Below, piece after piece: positions 13,217 to 26,955 of a DNA stretch of 64,000 bases. This DNA comes from Amoebophrya sp. A120 (lineage: Eukaryota; Protista; Dinoflagellata), in assembly GCA_905178155.1 (NCBI GenBank), contig CAJINV010000009.1, positions 979,415 through 1,043,414 of the forward strand. Reading direction: 5' to 3'. Below the pieces are notes generated by a model that did no database searches, was not told the DNA's origin, and was given only the letters and a program-made list of their open reading frames with translations. Positions within the stretch are counted from its first letter, which is position 1. Every line of letters starts with the position of its first letter. The position numbers were made by a program, and so were the translations under genes.

Positions 13217-15871
13217 TTAGCCGTGTCGCGTCTTTGCTCCAGGTGGACTTCTTGCTTCCGACGCCGCTCGTGCTGCGCTGTTCCCTTCACGCAGAGCGGC
13301 TCCGTCTTTGTTGGCTTCACTCCTTTCGCGCTGAGCAAGGAGTTCCGCTTCGAGTTCGCCATCCAGCGCGTTCTGGTCCATTCGGCCAAACAACGCTTCC
13401 TCTTCCTCCTCGCCGTTCTGGCTCCCCAACGACTCGCGGCGGCTCGGAAACAGATCTACAGAAGGGGAGCTACGCATCGGTGGCGAGGGGGAGTTCAGCT
13501 GGGGAGAGGTGGAAGAGGACGCAGCCGCTACACCAGTATCTCGCTCGCTCTGCTTGATTTTGTTCGTATTTGGACCGACCCGCGTAGAAGTACCATCTGC
13601 TTTCCTGTCGTTCTGCGATGCGGATGTGCCAAGTCTCGGCGTTGTGTTTGCGTCTACAGGTTTTGGTCCTGTCGTCCCCCCTACATCTTCGTCGAGCTTT
13701 CGCACCTCTGTTTCGTCCCCGATAAAGGACTGCAGTGACTCGGTAGGTCGGTACGAGAAACCATCGCGATCGACTAAAGATCCTGGTGCTGGTCCTCGCG
13801 AACTAGAAGATCCAGCTCTGCCCTTCCGCGGCTGCGGGAACGGGACCGGAGACGAAGACTTGTTGTCTACTTGCGGACCGGTGGTGCTACTAGCTCCGCC
13901 ACCTGCAGCCGCGCTATTTATCATGCCCGCTGTGTAGTACCGACCCGCTTGATTCCGCGCTTGGTTCGCAATTCGTATCTTCTCGCTCATCTCCTGTTTC
14001 GCTTTGGCTTTCCGCGCCAAAATGGCTCCCTTCGCACGCTTCAGTTCCTCCTCGGTAAAGGGCCGAAAGTCGTGGCCTTGCATTACCTCGTTGGCGTGCT
14101 TGATCTCGGGCGACTCGGGCACCGTCCACCCGAGGCCCCAGTTCTCCATCTCCTCTTTCCGTTTCTTCTGGTACTCCGCGTGCTTCTTGCGCAGCCGGTC
14201 GTACTCGTATTTCATGTGCAGCTGCACGTTGCGCGCGTACAGCTCAGCATCCTGCTTCTCCTCTTCTGTCGGGTAATAGATGCGGCACACCTTCACCAGC
14301 GCAGAGACAAAGCCGGCCCCGAGCCAGTTCCCGAACCACTGCGCGTCCGAAAACTCCTCGAGCTTCCCGTCGCTGGTCTTCTTGAACATCGGATTGGAAA
14401 TGTCCGAAGCGCCGAAATACAGCAATACGATGGGTCTCACCGGCAGCCCCGGCCGAAAAGCGCCCAACTTGAACTCGCCCACGGTGTGCCCGCTGGTCGT
14501 GGAACCCTCGGGAAAGATCAGCATAGCTTTATGCCCCGGTCTCCACTGCTTCACGTGGTCCTCGATCGCTTTCCGTGCGGCCTCGCGGCTACCTGCCTGC
14601 TGACGGTCGACCTGAAAAATATCGGAAATAGAGTCAGAGTCGCTTGCGTTCATAGGCTTTCATGCAGACAACCGATCGCGGCCAAAAAGCGTACATCATC
14701 CTTATCGAGGATCTCTTCTTCACTTCTAAGAAACAGTACAAGGAAACACAGTGCCTGTTTTAGAAGCGCGGATTGAAATTGTAAAGCATAAATATACCCA
14801 AACAGTGCCCATGCCGTCCATGAAGTCTCCTATCATCGGCAAGCTGCGGAGTTCGGTTTTCGCCATCACCTTCGGGTGGTCGAGCTCGGAGGTGACCAGC
14901 ATGCCGTCCACATAGCTGATGTGATTGCACACCAGAATCGGGCACTCGGTCAAGTTTTCCTCAGTCTCGTGCTTGGGCCAACTTGTCGTGATCGAGATTC
15001 CGTTCAACCGAAACCAGGCGGCGATCGCCCCTTTGAGCGTGGTTTGATCGTGCAGCTCGTGCCCCATCACCGCCCGTTGCACGTTGCCCCAGGCGTAGGC
15101 TAAGGCGATGCCCGTGGTGCCCAGTGTCGTGCTGGTAAGTTTCGCAGCGGCGGGGATGAAGTAGGCCGGGTTCCAGCTGCTGTACTCGTAGTAATCGTGC
15201 GAGGTCTCCCCATAGTTCCACTTGCTCTGTTCAACCCACTCCCGCTTTTTCTGCTCCTTCAGCTGCGCCTCCTTTTTCTCCTGAATCAATCGAATGGTCT
15301 CTTCTGTCGCAGAGGCCGTGGACGAAGTCGACGCGCGACTGCGTGGAGGTGCCGGCTGTGCTACGGTAGAGATACTAGGTCCTGATGCGGATCCCACTAG
15401 ACTGCTCCGTTGTCTCGGATTGAAACTCGCCGTCGCTTCATCTGCTCGAATGTCAGGCGGCGCCCGCTTCTGATTTTGTGTCGCTGCATTCAGACTCTGC
15501 CTGGCCGCGGAGGAGAGATCTTTTCCTTGGGGAGCTGTGATCCTGGCACTGCTCCCACTACTTGCATTTGGCTTGTAGGACGAGTTGTAGGAGGAAGCTG
15601 CGGACGCAGACGATGCTCCCCTGCTTTGTTCAGACACTGGTTTCGGCCGTGGCGCCATCCTGTCCGTGCCGCCGCTTGGAGGGGGTGCACCAAACGCGGG
15701 CGCTGAACCGTTTCCACCGCTGCCTGCCGCGCGCGGGCGGAGTCGCCCAGACTGGCTTTGCCGGGATGGCGCTTGCTGGTGCCCTATCCGATCCTCTACC
15801 TCGACATCGTCATCTGGGTCCCCAACAACGGAATCGATTATACTGCCAAAAACACCTGTGACAGACTCCAT
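13217..15871 (-). CDS. Lysophospholipid acyltransferase (LPLAT/LPCAT-like) with long disordered termini, 2 exons
   Basis: Motifs NHISYVD, VWVDR (across GT-AG intron 14612-14797), FPEGSTT, FKLGAFRPGLPVRP. Confidence 0.92.
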
Positions 15872-16607
15872 GACGTTGCGATGAAAAAGAGACTGTCTCT
15901 TCTATGTTGACATCAACCGTGTATCTGCTCTTCCAACTAGCACTCAAAACGAATCAGATGACTGAGGCATAAAACCTCGCTATCACATCATGATCTTAAA
16001 GCTCACTTAACATAAAGATCCATCGCGAGAGGACTGGAATTCGAAATCGAATCTTCAGTGGGCGTACAAAAATTTGATGGAATCTACTAGCTACTCTTAC
16101 TGAAAAGATGTCTTATTTCCAAAGACGGCACTGATTCATGTTCCGGAGTTCAGATCTTGAGGACCTGGTGCGAAGTTGTTTAATTTTTTTCTTTGCAGAC
16201 ACGATTACGACTTCCGATTGTATCATTGCACTAACTCTTACGACCTTGGGAGTACTAGTTGCGCGACTCGAATCGAAGTGCCGATGAAAGTCGAGGAATC
16301 CGAGTTGATGTTCATGTAGAAACGATTTCGCGAATGTTGGCACAGCGATAAACCGAATCAGTTTCGGAGCGATGCGAGGAGCATAGAGACCGTAGTACAC
16401 ACGATTCTTGATGATGATCCGTGTCGCACTCATTATTTTCATTTAGTGTTAAGCATAGCATCAACACCGTTTTACTTCAGCTTCAGCCGTAGCTTAAGTT
16501 TCGCTCCATGATGTACGTCCATATTACGTAACCTTTATCTGGCCTAATCTATCATTTCTTGCATCGCAGCTAAAACTTCATGATGACACAAACGCATTTC
16601 TGTTTCT

Positions 16608-19199
16608 TCACCTCGGGCGAATGCGAAACCAAATGGGCATGTGATCGGACCGAAAAAGTGGATGTGTTGAGACTGGCAGGTAAAGCGAGGACTCTTTCTC
16701 CAAGAAACCGAAAACGCCCGCGTTGGAATTTCGGGTCGCTCGAGCGGCAATCGAACTTTCTGCGTCACGATAGTACCTTTGGTTCTCCATGTCATTCAGC
16801 CTTTTTGCCCCTTGCAAATACGCTTGTCGCACAGCTACGCTCTCGGCGTCGCCCAGCTCCTGTACGACCGTGAAGCCCCTGCCGTACACGTGGTCGATGT
16901 TTTGCTTCTCCACCTTGTCGGCCTTCGTCATCTGGGACTGCAACACGGAGAGCTTCTTCGCGTAGGTGTTTATGTGCGTTCCAGCTCCGGTGAGGATACG
17001 AAGCGACCACTTTGCAACAACTTCTTCACTGGACAGCACTTCTTGCCCTGTAGCAGCTTTGGACGCCGCGGCCGCGACCTCCTGCTCCACAAGCTCTGCC
17101 GGCGTCTTGGGAATTTCCGCCGGCTCCGTATTGAGGTCTCCGCCGAGGAGAAGAAAGTTGCCTTCCTGGTGTGCTTCCCTGCTAGAAGTTCTCGCCGGCG
17201 CGAAAATGTGTGCGTCGAACTCGCGCTGCGTCGCAATGTGCCCGGACGAAAAGTGGTAGCTCCCGAGCTGCACAGGTTGGCCCACATTCACCAAATCAGC
17301 CACGCAGCGCAGTATCCGTGGCGAGGGAGCTTCGATGGAATTGCTGTAGAGCTTCCGAAGCTTCTGCGGCTTGATGAGAATCACGCTGTTGTCGGGATCT
17401 GTGGAATTGTAAGACGCAAACACGGCGACGTACTTGTAGTGCGTCGTTTGCAACCCACCCGTGACGGAATCTTTCCTGAACAAAGCGAGTCCGTCCTGCT
17501 CCTCGCCGGCAGTAATAGGAAATATTTTGTGCGCTTCGAAGAACTCCTTGCTCTGCAGCAAACTTTGGTCGACCTCCTGCAGTAACACGATGTCTGGATA
17601 CATTAGTAACTCGAGCACTTCCAAAATTTGCTTCATGTGCGTCCCGGGATCTGCCTGGTAGGTGCTGGGGACGCCGGAAAGCTTTGGCTTTGCACTGCTC
17701 GGCGAAGAGTTGTCAGCAGATCTCGACGGGGATCCGCTTCCTTCTACAGTTCTACCTGGTTCAGCATCATTGTCTTCTAGGGATGCTGTCGACGTTCCCG
17801 CCCGCTTCAACGTGGTCCAGACGTCGATCAGTGGAAGCGGCGTGTCATCTTCCTCATCCTCGTCAGCGTGCAAATTTGACGTCGGAAAGGACTCGACTTT
17901 ACGCACTTTGTTTTCTTGCCGCCGTCGCTCCTCTTCCATTTCTAACCGCTCCAACACCACCTCCTGGTCACGCTGGTAGAGCCGAAGGCGTAGTCGGTCC
18001 GTCTCTAAAGCAGCATCGTGCCACGCTTTCAGCATGAGCAAATCGTAGATTCGCATCTTGAAAAAGTCGATGCTCAGATGATCAGTTGGGTCAAGCAAGA
18101 TAGAAGCGCTCGACTCAGGCCCGCCGGCAGGGGAGACGGTTTTCGACTTTACAACGAGGGGACCTCCTTGGCTTGTCGCTCCTGCACCACTCGCACTCAT
18201 CTGCTCCCCTGTGGTCGGCCTATTTCCAATGTCGCTCTCCTCCTCATACGCCCATGCGTTGAGTCCGCGGCGCGCGAAGAATTTGGCCCCCTGTGAGAGG
18301 CTGAATTTTTTCGTGTCCGGATTTGCATAGATGGCCCGATCCTCCAGTAGCCACTCGTGCACAGTCATCTGCGACCACTTCTTCCAACGCGTTTCCACGT
18401 CGATCGGAAGTAAGTCTTCAGATACCGCCAAGTTTTTGTTTGCCGTTCCTGTCAAATCCAGCGGTTTACGGATTTTGTCCTTCAACAAATAGTCCGTGTT
18501 GTGCTTCCAAATCCCGAGGCAATCCTGCCACTTGAACGAGTACTGCGGGGTGGGTGGCGGGTACGCGTCTGCAGTGACATGGAACCTCTCCAGGTACGCC
18601 GGCTGCTTGATTGCTTCCGCAAGGAGGTCCCCGAGCGTCTGCGTTGCGCCTACAGACTTCGAAAGATGATCGCTGCCGGCCGCTGGCGAAGGCTTAGACT
18701 TTGAGAAAACCCGGTAGTCGCCCATGATTTGCTGCACATTCCTGCGAAATAGTGCGTACAGCAGAAATTGCGAACGCTGCAAATCCCTTTCCTTTTTCTT
18801 CAGGACCGCTCCAGTCGAATCATCTGCCGCGATTGAGCTTCTCAGCGCTGTGTCCAGCTCTTGCCGAACTTTTTCGATCTGCGCATCCGAAAGTTCATGT
18901 TCAGATGACGTGTCTTCATCTCCTGCGCTATTTACAGTTACATACCGTAGCTCCGATAGCGTCGGCACCTTGTTCTCGCAGCGCTTGTAAATTCCTGGGT
19001 CTACGTCGAAAATGTTACTACGAAGGCCAATCGATAGCACATTCCACGTGAGTAGCGAAAAAGAGTCGCCCAACGGCGGTCCTAGACTCGTAGGATCTTC
19101 TCCGTCCATTGAATTTTTGTCCTGCTGCAGGCTCCACAATACGTAGATGGCGTAGGACAGCTGCGCAACGAGAACCGCACACAGGAAAAACTTTTTCAT
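16608..19199 (-). CDS. Exonuclease/endonuclease/phosphatase (EEP) domain protein with N-terminal signal/anchor
   Basis: Motifs LLTWNVL, PDIVLLQEV, SYHF, GGDLN, IDHVY, SDHMPI. Hydrophobic N-terminus MKKFFLCAVLVAQLSYAIYVLW. Large insert between the first and second motifs. Confidence 0.88.
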   Translation of the reverse strand: MKKFFLCAVLVAQLSYAIYVLWSLQQDKNSMDGEDPTSLGPPLGDSFSLLTWNVLSIGLRSNIFDVDPGIYKRCENKVPTLSELRYVTVNSAGDEDTSSEHELSDAQIEKVRQELDTALRSSIAADDSTGAVLKKKERDLQRSQFLLYALFRRNVQQIMGDYRVFSKSKPSPAAGSDHLSKSVGATQTLGDLLAEAIKQPAYLERFHVTADAYPPPTPQYSFKWQDCLGIWKHNTDYLLKDKIRKPLDLTGTANKNLAVSEDLLPIDVETRWKKWSQMTVHEWLLEDRAIYANPDTKKFSLSQGAKFFARRGLNAWAYEEESDIGNRPTTGEQMSASGAGATSQGGPLVVKSKTVSPAGGPESSASILLDPTDHLSIDFFKMRIYDLLMLKAWHDAALETDRLRLRLYQRDQEVVLERLEMEEERRRQENKVRKVESFPTSNLHADEDEEDDTPLPLIDVWTTLKRAGTSTASLEDNDAEPGRTVEGSGSPSRSADNSSPSSAKPKLSGVPSTYQADPGTHMKQILEVLELLMYPDIVLLQEVDQSLLQSKEFFEAHKIFPITAGEEQDGLALFRKDSVTGGLQTTHYKYVAVFASYNSTDPDNSVILIKPQKLRKLYSNSIEAPSPRILRCVADLVNVGQPVQLGSYHFSSGHIATQREFDAHIFAPARTSSREAHQEGNFLLLGGDLNTEPAEIPKTPAELVEQEVAAAASKAATGQEVLSSEEVVAKWSLRILTGAGTHINTYAKKLSVLQSQMTKADKVEKQNIDHVYGRGFTVVQELGDAESVAVRQAYLQGAKRLNDMENQRYYRDAESSIAARATRNSNAGVFGFLEKESSLYLPVSTHPLFRSDHMPIWFRIRPR

Positions 19200-20461
19200 G
19201 TGGAAACGATTGCTTCCGACACTGCCGGAAACGGAAAAATCCTGAGCTTGCTTCACATTAATAGTCTGCGCGTGTTGCTTCGACGACGCTTGAATGTTCT
19301 GCGACGAGGAACATTTCCGTTTCTACTAGTACCTCCAACCTCAAGTAGCCGATGCCGCGATGGAATCAATGCGTAAAGTTTTCAAGTGCCAATAAAATCG
19401 GAATCGCTTTCCCGCACGGGATAATGTCCCCGCTCGTTCGTGTGTAGTCAAAGAGAACCAAGAGCAATTTTTTACGCGCACTGTAAAAAAATCAATACGT
19501 CGATACAATAAGCTAGAAGCACAGTCTAGAATACTCGAACCGAATACGCACGGACAAAATACTATGGGAGAACACTAATGCAACCCCGGCAACGTCGCTC
19601 CTGCGCATGGTGCCACGACGTCGCTTGCTCGGTCCATTGGCATTGCGAGGTTGATGCGCTTGCTGATCTTATTGTTTTTGCCGCTCCGTGGCCATTGATT
19701 TAAAAAGCTCCTCGCCGCGACTCCGCAAACACGCTACTTGTTTCTGAATAGTGCTTTCAAAAAATGACAAGGACGAGGGCTCTAACTTCGACCACCCAAG
19801 AGACTGGAGAAGCCCCTGATGCGGCAAAAGCGATGTGTCATTTAAGCGTGAGAGCGCCGTGGCCACCCTCGGTGCGAGGATACCGATCTCCTTTTTGAAA
19901 GCGAAGTATTCAAAAATTTACATCTCCAGCGCACAATCAATCGCAGCGATATTCACAGTAAAAGATACAGCTGTACGACCGGTGTCGCGGTCGTACATGA
20001 AAAAAAGTCTACAGAAAAAAAAACGGGGTTCTGAAATAATTCGCAATAATGGTAAAAAGTTTGACGAGTGTTATCAAATCGCATGTTAGAACGTTTGGTG
20101 TTGTAAACTAAATCCCGTGCTTCCAGGAGGAAAAGGCAGACGGGATTATCTGATGAAACGAGATGTCCTCGCCTGAGCATCGTGTACCAGATCTCCAGTC
20201 GTGCTATCTTTTCCACGCGCTCAGCTACACTGGGGTGTGAGACAAGCCTGGCATCTACGTGTTACCCGGGTAGCTCGATTCAGCTTCTTTCAGCAATCTC
20301 GCAGAGCCAAGGCGTGGAGAAGACGTAAGGGCCCACGCGGGGATGTAGGGTTTGCTGGTCGTTCCGCGGCACAACTTTTAACCTAGTGCGGAAACCCGCT
20401 TCAGAACACTGATTGCCCGGGACGAGGTTCTGGTCGCATCAGAAATGTCGTGTTGAAGGAT

Positions 20462-21945
20462 TTAGTTGAAAGACATGATGGCCTCCACAATGTCGTTCTT
20501 GTGCTCTTTCAGTGCCTTAATTGCCTTCTCGCGCGTTGTGCTCACCTGTTTTAGATTAGGAAGGGAGTCGCGACGTCTAAAAATGTGGAAGTTTCGGACC
20601 ACAAAGGCGATTCAGAAAAGTGATACACGATGTGATAGACTGACCGATTTTCGCTTGTGTCTAACATGATCGGAGTGCTGTGATATGGAGCTAAGTATGG
20701 TATCTGACAAATGAGCGACGTCCCGCAGCACAACCACTTTCCATATAGTGTTTGTGTCCAAAAATAGGATTATGGTGGATCTAAATTTACGCCACGGCAA
20801 CAACGAACATCTCTCAAAATCAATAAGCCGTGAGGTTCTAAGTCTGTCTAAAGCTTCTAAATCTGTCCAAATCTAAATCATGTACCTGGGTCATGATGAG
20901 CTCGATGTCCTTCTCCTCTACCTTGGTGCCGGAGCTGTCGTCCTCCACCACTTCCTCAATCTTCGGTTCCTCCTTGGTGTCAGCATCCGCGACGGACGCT
21001 CCGCCCTTTGCTGCCTCCATCTGCTGCTTCAAAGCCTGCATCTGCATTGACTGCTGCATCTGACGGTGAGCCTTATTTAGAGATTTCTTTCTGAATGAAT
21101 CAAGATCAGCAAGATCGTCGAGCATGCCATGTCGTTTTTGTTATTCGTGCCTGTGACATTCAACGGATTGAAACCAAACCAACTGAACCACCACGGAATC
21201 ACGCATGGTTAGTCCTCTCTCACGATGACTTTGACGATGAAAACTAAACAGCAAGTACCTGTGCGGCAGCGCTGGCTGCGACATCCTCGATCTTGGCTTC
21301 CCCGAAAATGACGTAGGTTTCGGAAGACGGGGCCTTCATGACTTCCGGCTTTGAGATCACGAACAGAATGTTCTTTGTCTTCTTTACCTGTAAGGAGCGA
21401 AAAATTTGAGACGTAAAACTGGATCTTTGCCTTTACGCAACGAGGTGGTGAGAAAATTTAGAATTCATGTACATGCAGATGACGCGGCGCCCTTACGCGT
21501 CCTTTCGCCAGCGCATGCGCATTGGTCGAAGGTGTGCACAGCGCTTCAATATGCGCAAAAATGCTTTTAGTCTGAAATTAGTACCGTAACTCGGACAATG
21601 CCGCCAAAGGGTCGGAGCCCGAGCTTGGAGACGGCTTTTCGGCACTTCTTCTCAGCCCGGTTCTGCTTGGTTCCATCCTGTAGTTTAGAAAATTTAGAAA
21701 ATCGTGACTAGGCAAAATGTAATTTAGAAAGCTGCCTTTTGGCCTGGATCACCATTTCAACGTCCGACCACGCCCAAAGGCTGCGTAGTTATCATGCGAT
21801 ACTGTGTGAAAATATCACTACATACCAGCATATTTAGATTTCGATTTAGAACACGAGCGCTGTGTACCTTGCTTTCCTCCAAGTTCGGGGCGTCACTGGA
21901 GGAATCGGAGTCCACCTCCTCGATTTTCGGCTCGGTTTCCGGCAT
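20462..21945 (-). CDS. NACA: Nascent polypeptide-associated complex alpha subunit, 5 exons
   Basis: Spliced [49 protein letters not shown], plus UBA-like [36 protein letters not shown] introns at 21678-21867, 21388-21584, 21072-21258 and 20546-20885. Confidence 0.96.
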
Positions 21946-23175
21946 ATTCTTTAGATTTTATCGGGGAAAAAAATCACCGCAGAACTTCTAAACCAGTGCT
22001 CTATCGCTAGTGAAACTTTAACAGGCGACAAAAAAGCCTCTTTTAGAAGTGTTTCTAAAAGTTGTTGGTGAAACCCTGAGATGGAAATCATGGATGAAAG
22101 AACAATAGAGTCTTCGATTGAAAGCAGAACTTGTAGCGTATAGTATAGGTACAGATAAATATTTTTTGTGCATAGAAGATAATTATGATCTTTTAGTTTT
22201 ACCACTTGCCGTTATTTCAGTATCAGAATCGCCACGCGAAGGCAAACAAGATCCACAACCACAGTTTGCAAGATAAAGCGCAGATTCTGCGTGTCCTTGA
22301 AATGTGCAGGTGCAGGCGTACTAAGATCGATCTTATGTGTATAAAAGGATGCTACTTGCAGAAAGGATCTCGCCTCGTTGGCGTCGCTTCAATAAGACAG
22401 CAGAAGCAGGTCCACGTGTGACGGCTACATCAGCAACTCTTACACAGTAGACCGTGGGTCACAACATCAGTTCTGCGCCCAATATCAGGATCTTTCACCG
22501 CGCATCTTGTGCCTACCGTCGAATGGCTGTGTGCGGATCTTGAAGTTGAAACAGAAATTTAGATTTAGAAAACCGATTCACCCTGGAATACCACGGTTGT
22601 GAACTACTGGAGACGTTTCCAAGCAAAGGGGAACACGCCAGTCGAAAGCTCGACTTGAGCTGCTCTGCTACAGTCGCTCGCACGAACGTCGACAACAATT
22701 CACAATTGGATGAGTAGTTACACATGGATGGTTAAGTAGTGCCGTTTGTCTACCACGTTGCTTTTTCAGCACTTCAATTCTATTCGTACCGGATGGAGAG
22801 AAGTTCAATATATTAATTTGCTTTTCCGTTCCCTCCTGGACACCGCAAAAAAGCTACACCGGCGCAGGGTTTGATTCTGGGTCCAAGCTAGGACCTCAGT
22901 GTCGTTGAATCTTTGGAAAAATGGAAAAAGTTTGCGTCAATAGCTCTAGTGTTGTTGAAGTAACCTATTCGCTCATCTTTAGAAAGATGGGGATCGATCC
23001 TCATCGTCGGATTTGAACATTTCTTCTTTATGAATGTTTATCCTTTTAGTTTGACCTTTACAGTAACCAACCTTCTGTTGACCCCCGGCGTCCCACCGGT
23101 TGCTCTCGGTGCTGCTCTGAACGCAGCAACACAAGAGGAGGAAATTGCGAAGCAACCGGCCAACCACCAACCGCG

Positions 23176-26100
23176 TTACGGCGGCAGTGGCTCGGGAACC
23201 GGGTGCGTCTCGCGGTACGCTCTCCCACGCTCGATGCTCTCGTCGGTTATGCGCGTCGCGTATGGAAGCTGCTTCCGTTGGATGGTCTTGAGTTTCGCCT
23301 CGACCTTGCGCTGGTACGCGTGTGCGTCCCGCCGTTCTAGCCGGTACTCTTCCCGAAGGAGCGCGTCGTCCTTGCGTGAGGCCTCGAGCCGCACGTTCAC
23401 GCCATCCAGCATTTCCTGCCACTCTTGTGCCTCGTTTTTGCGATCGGCCTTGATGATTTTCTTCTCCTCCTTGCGCACCCGCCGGTTTGCCTTTTGCCTG
23501 TTGAGATTGGATGGGAGGGATGCTATGCATGCCTCTGCGCCATGCAAATGAAAGAACAGCAACAGACCGATAGGGAAGACTACAGGCACACTTACGAATG
23601 TATTTTTTCTGCAAAATCTTTCTCCAACCAAGCAGACATGACGTACTCTTCCAGGAGGTTCTTTTCCAGCAGCGTGAGTTTGACCTTTCCACTGGACTGC
23701 TCCAGAGCAGCTTTCGCCTCGGCCTGCTCGCTTGCCGTGTGCGCCAAGTACTGACGCCTGACATTCAACTCCTTGAGCTCTTTCGCCACACGATTCCTTT
23801 CCTTCCGCTTCGCCTCCTGCTTCTTCGCCTCCCGGCGCGCGGCCTCCTTGGAGCACTCCTCACTGATCTTTCGCTGGACTTCTTCCTGCTCCATTTTTTC
23901 TTTTTTCAGCTTCGCGTGTCGCTCCGCGGCCTCCTTCCGCGCGATCGCGCGGATGTTGTCGAGGTTTTTCGCTTTGGCTTCAAGATTTTTCTTCTTGTCA
24001 GCCTGGTTTGTAAAAAAGTTACTGCCGTTTTCGCACAAAGTCCAAGTCGTCTGTCTTTTCACACAAATCATCGGTCTTTTGTCTCCTGAAACTGATCAAA
24101 AGTGAACGAAAACCACACGACATCCACCGACCAGCGTTCGCAAGAACGGCGCAATTACGTACCTTCTCATCCAGAATGAAAAATCGTTTCTCCAAGCGCT
24201 TTCGTTCCTGCACGGCCTTTTCGATGCGATATCGCTCGTGCAGTTCAGCTAGCGACATCTCGTCGAGAATGCCGTGCCGCGGGGGCTCACTGGGATCGTA
24301 GGGTTCTGCTGTGACGGTGGAGACACGGACAATCGCGCGTATTTGCCGGATCAGGTCTTTGCGCCTGTGGAAAGAAAAAGGCGGTGAAATATATTTTCAT
24401 AAAAACAGAAAGCACCGGCCCGTGCTAGTGCTGCTGCCATGTCAGGCATGAATGAGCATGATTAGATTTTCAGTTTTCTCTGTGGTCACAAAAAAATATC
24501 AATACTCCTCCATTTCCTGTTCCATGTCCGCTTTCTTTATTTCGAACATCTTCGCTTTCGCCTTGCGAATTTCCTCTGCATTTTCTTTCCGTGCCTCGTC
24601 GACTAAATCTAGCTGGACCCGAGGACGACCGCGCATGTCGTACACCTCACGGCACAACCCTCGCTTCTTCTCCTCTTCTGCAATCTGTCATATGGTTGGG
24701 AGAAGAAATGCGGAATTTCAATATTTTCTCAAAATTAAAGCTTTTCCATTGGGTGCCCAGCAACCAAGCGACGCGTGTCAGTGCCGGGGCCTATGCAAAG
24801 CATTCACAGTTCAGTAATCTTAATCCGGTGCTGTACTCTACTTTACCGCTTCGCGTGTCTTGCGTTTCTCCTGTACGGCCTTCTGCAATTTGACTTGTTC
24901 CGCATTCAAAACGTTTTTCTGGAATTGGAGCTCCATTGCTTCCTTCGCGGCTTCCGCTGCCATCTGCATCTCGATTTTTCCTGATGTGATTGTGAGTATG
25001 CAATACATAGCAATTTACGTTGGTGATGCGTCCTCAATAAAAAACGGAGCCAGTGGAAAAGAGAAACGAAGATTGCAATACCAGAAGAGTATACCAGTTG
25101 CACAACTGTTAAACTTACGTTCGAAAAATCTATCAGGAACTGTACTTTGTTCCACCCTGCACTTCTCTTCGATGTCATCCTGTACGCGCTGGTTGTATTG
25201 CCACAAGTAGTAGCCACTGCTGTCCCGTAGCCCGCGCTCGTAGTCCATGAGAATATTGTACTCGTTTTCTTGTTTCTTCTTCACCAGTACGTCCTCACGC
25301 AGGATAGAAGAGGCGTTGGGCTTCACCTCGGCGATTTGCTCCAGCTTGAAATGTCCGTCCTTCAGCGGTTTTCCGATCTCCGGCTGGAAAGTGCATTCCT
25401 GGTACCTAGGGAACGAAATTTTCGAAGACTAGCAATTGCTGACTTGAGGCACGCACCAGTGCTGCTGAAGATCATGCCTGTACTAACTAGGTGGTGCAGG
25501 TACTGCAAGTACCACTACAAACCAAGGTAAACAAACTATCGGAAATATATAAGTCGAAAATACTTCACGTCCTCGACGTCTCTGACGTATCTCGCTTTTG
25601 AATCGTCATCTGCGGCTGGCCGTTTCGCCGTCTCAAAGACGAATTCGTCTTTCTCCGCATTGTATTTTGCAAAGGTTTCCTCCTTCACCTTCACGGACCG
25701 CTCGTCCTTCTCCGCCTGGACCTTTTCCAAGTTGGTTGCGTAAATCGTTTTCGGTGGTGGCTTGCTTTCCAGCACGCGACTGATCACTTCGGGCTGCGGG
25801 ACCAAGCGTGGTTTGGGCTTGGTAAGGTTGAACGGCTGGATTTTGGTCGTCTTACCGCCGGAGCCTGCGATCATGGCGGTGCTGGAACTGCTACCTCCCG
25901 CTTGCTCGTTGCCGCCGCTGCTGGTCGCGGCGGCGGCGGCACCAGCGCCTAAGGCGATTATTTTCAGCTGGTCCAGGTACAGCTGCAACTGCGGTTTCAC
26001 CCGCTGCATCTTTCCAATGATCTCGTCCTCGAGGTACTTCATGTCGTATACTTTGCACCACTCCACTTTCACCCAATTGTTCAGATCCTCCTCGGTGAAT

Positions 26101-26955
26101 ATGAAGTCCTGAATTAAGTTAGTTTTGCATTGCTGGTGCAGGTTCACTCATTGCTATGTATATGTTGAAATTGTTCGTGATCATGATGAAGCCAAGCAAT
26201 CTATCCTGCATATTTTTTCCAACAGTTCCACCCACGACGACGGACCATTTCTGTACCATCAGCGCATTCAAAGCTGGCGGCGTGGAGAGCTCCGACTTCA
26301 GAATGATTTTCCCAAGCTCGTGGGGCCCCAGTTCGTCGTAGCGAAAGAAAAAAAGGCAGCCGAGGATCATATACAGCGTTTGGTCGCTACGTGGCGCAGA
26401 CGCAGGGTTCTTGTACAGAAACGCGTTCACGAAGAGCTTCAAAAACTTCTGATAGCGGATGCAGCAATCTGTGGTCGTGTAAACATGAAGTTGAAGATTA
26501 AGAACAAATGCAAGTGCAGCGGAAGGCATGCCAAATAAGGACAGATGGTACGTTTGAAAAAGATACAACACCAAAAAGACACTCTGCAAACTAACCGAAT
26601 ATGTACAAAAAATTTGCTGCGTGAACTTCTTCCGTGCCGCCGACATCCGTGTATTTTTTCCCAATTTGTCGTCAAAGTGCGCGTCGACTGTGGTCTTCTT
26701 CGGATCAAACGCCTCGATCAACTTGATGCTATCCCCGATCCACAAATGGTAGTCCACATCGGACTGCAATTTGGACAAAGCGCTGCCGCTGTTGGACCTC
26801 GTCAGTTGCGGGTTTGCGGCTGTAGAAGAGGAGCTCTTCAAGGTGTCGCCCGAGAGTGGCTGGAGTGTGTCTGGACCGGACATACCCAGCGTTGCGCCGG
26901 CGGTGTTGCCGTTGGAGGACGGCATCTCCTGGGAAGGCAATGTTTGCTGGCTCAT
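23176..26955 (-). CDS. CFAP99: Cilia- and flagella-associated protein 99-like, 9 exons
   Basis: Segments CIRYQKFLKLFV, KIQPFNLTKPKPR, SILRED, RKDLIRQIRA, GILDEMSLAELHER. Eight GT-AG introns (26469-26606, 26109-26256, 25406-25563, 24981-25145, 24685-24846, 24365-24505, 24003-24162, 23498-23595) give a continuous frame. Confidence 0.8.

Noticed and set aside
14017-14030. Partial dinoflagellate spliced-leader match (CCAAAATGGCT on +)
   Set aside because: Only ~11 nt and inside coding sequence.
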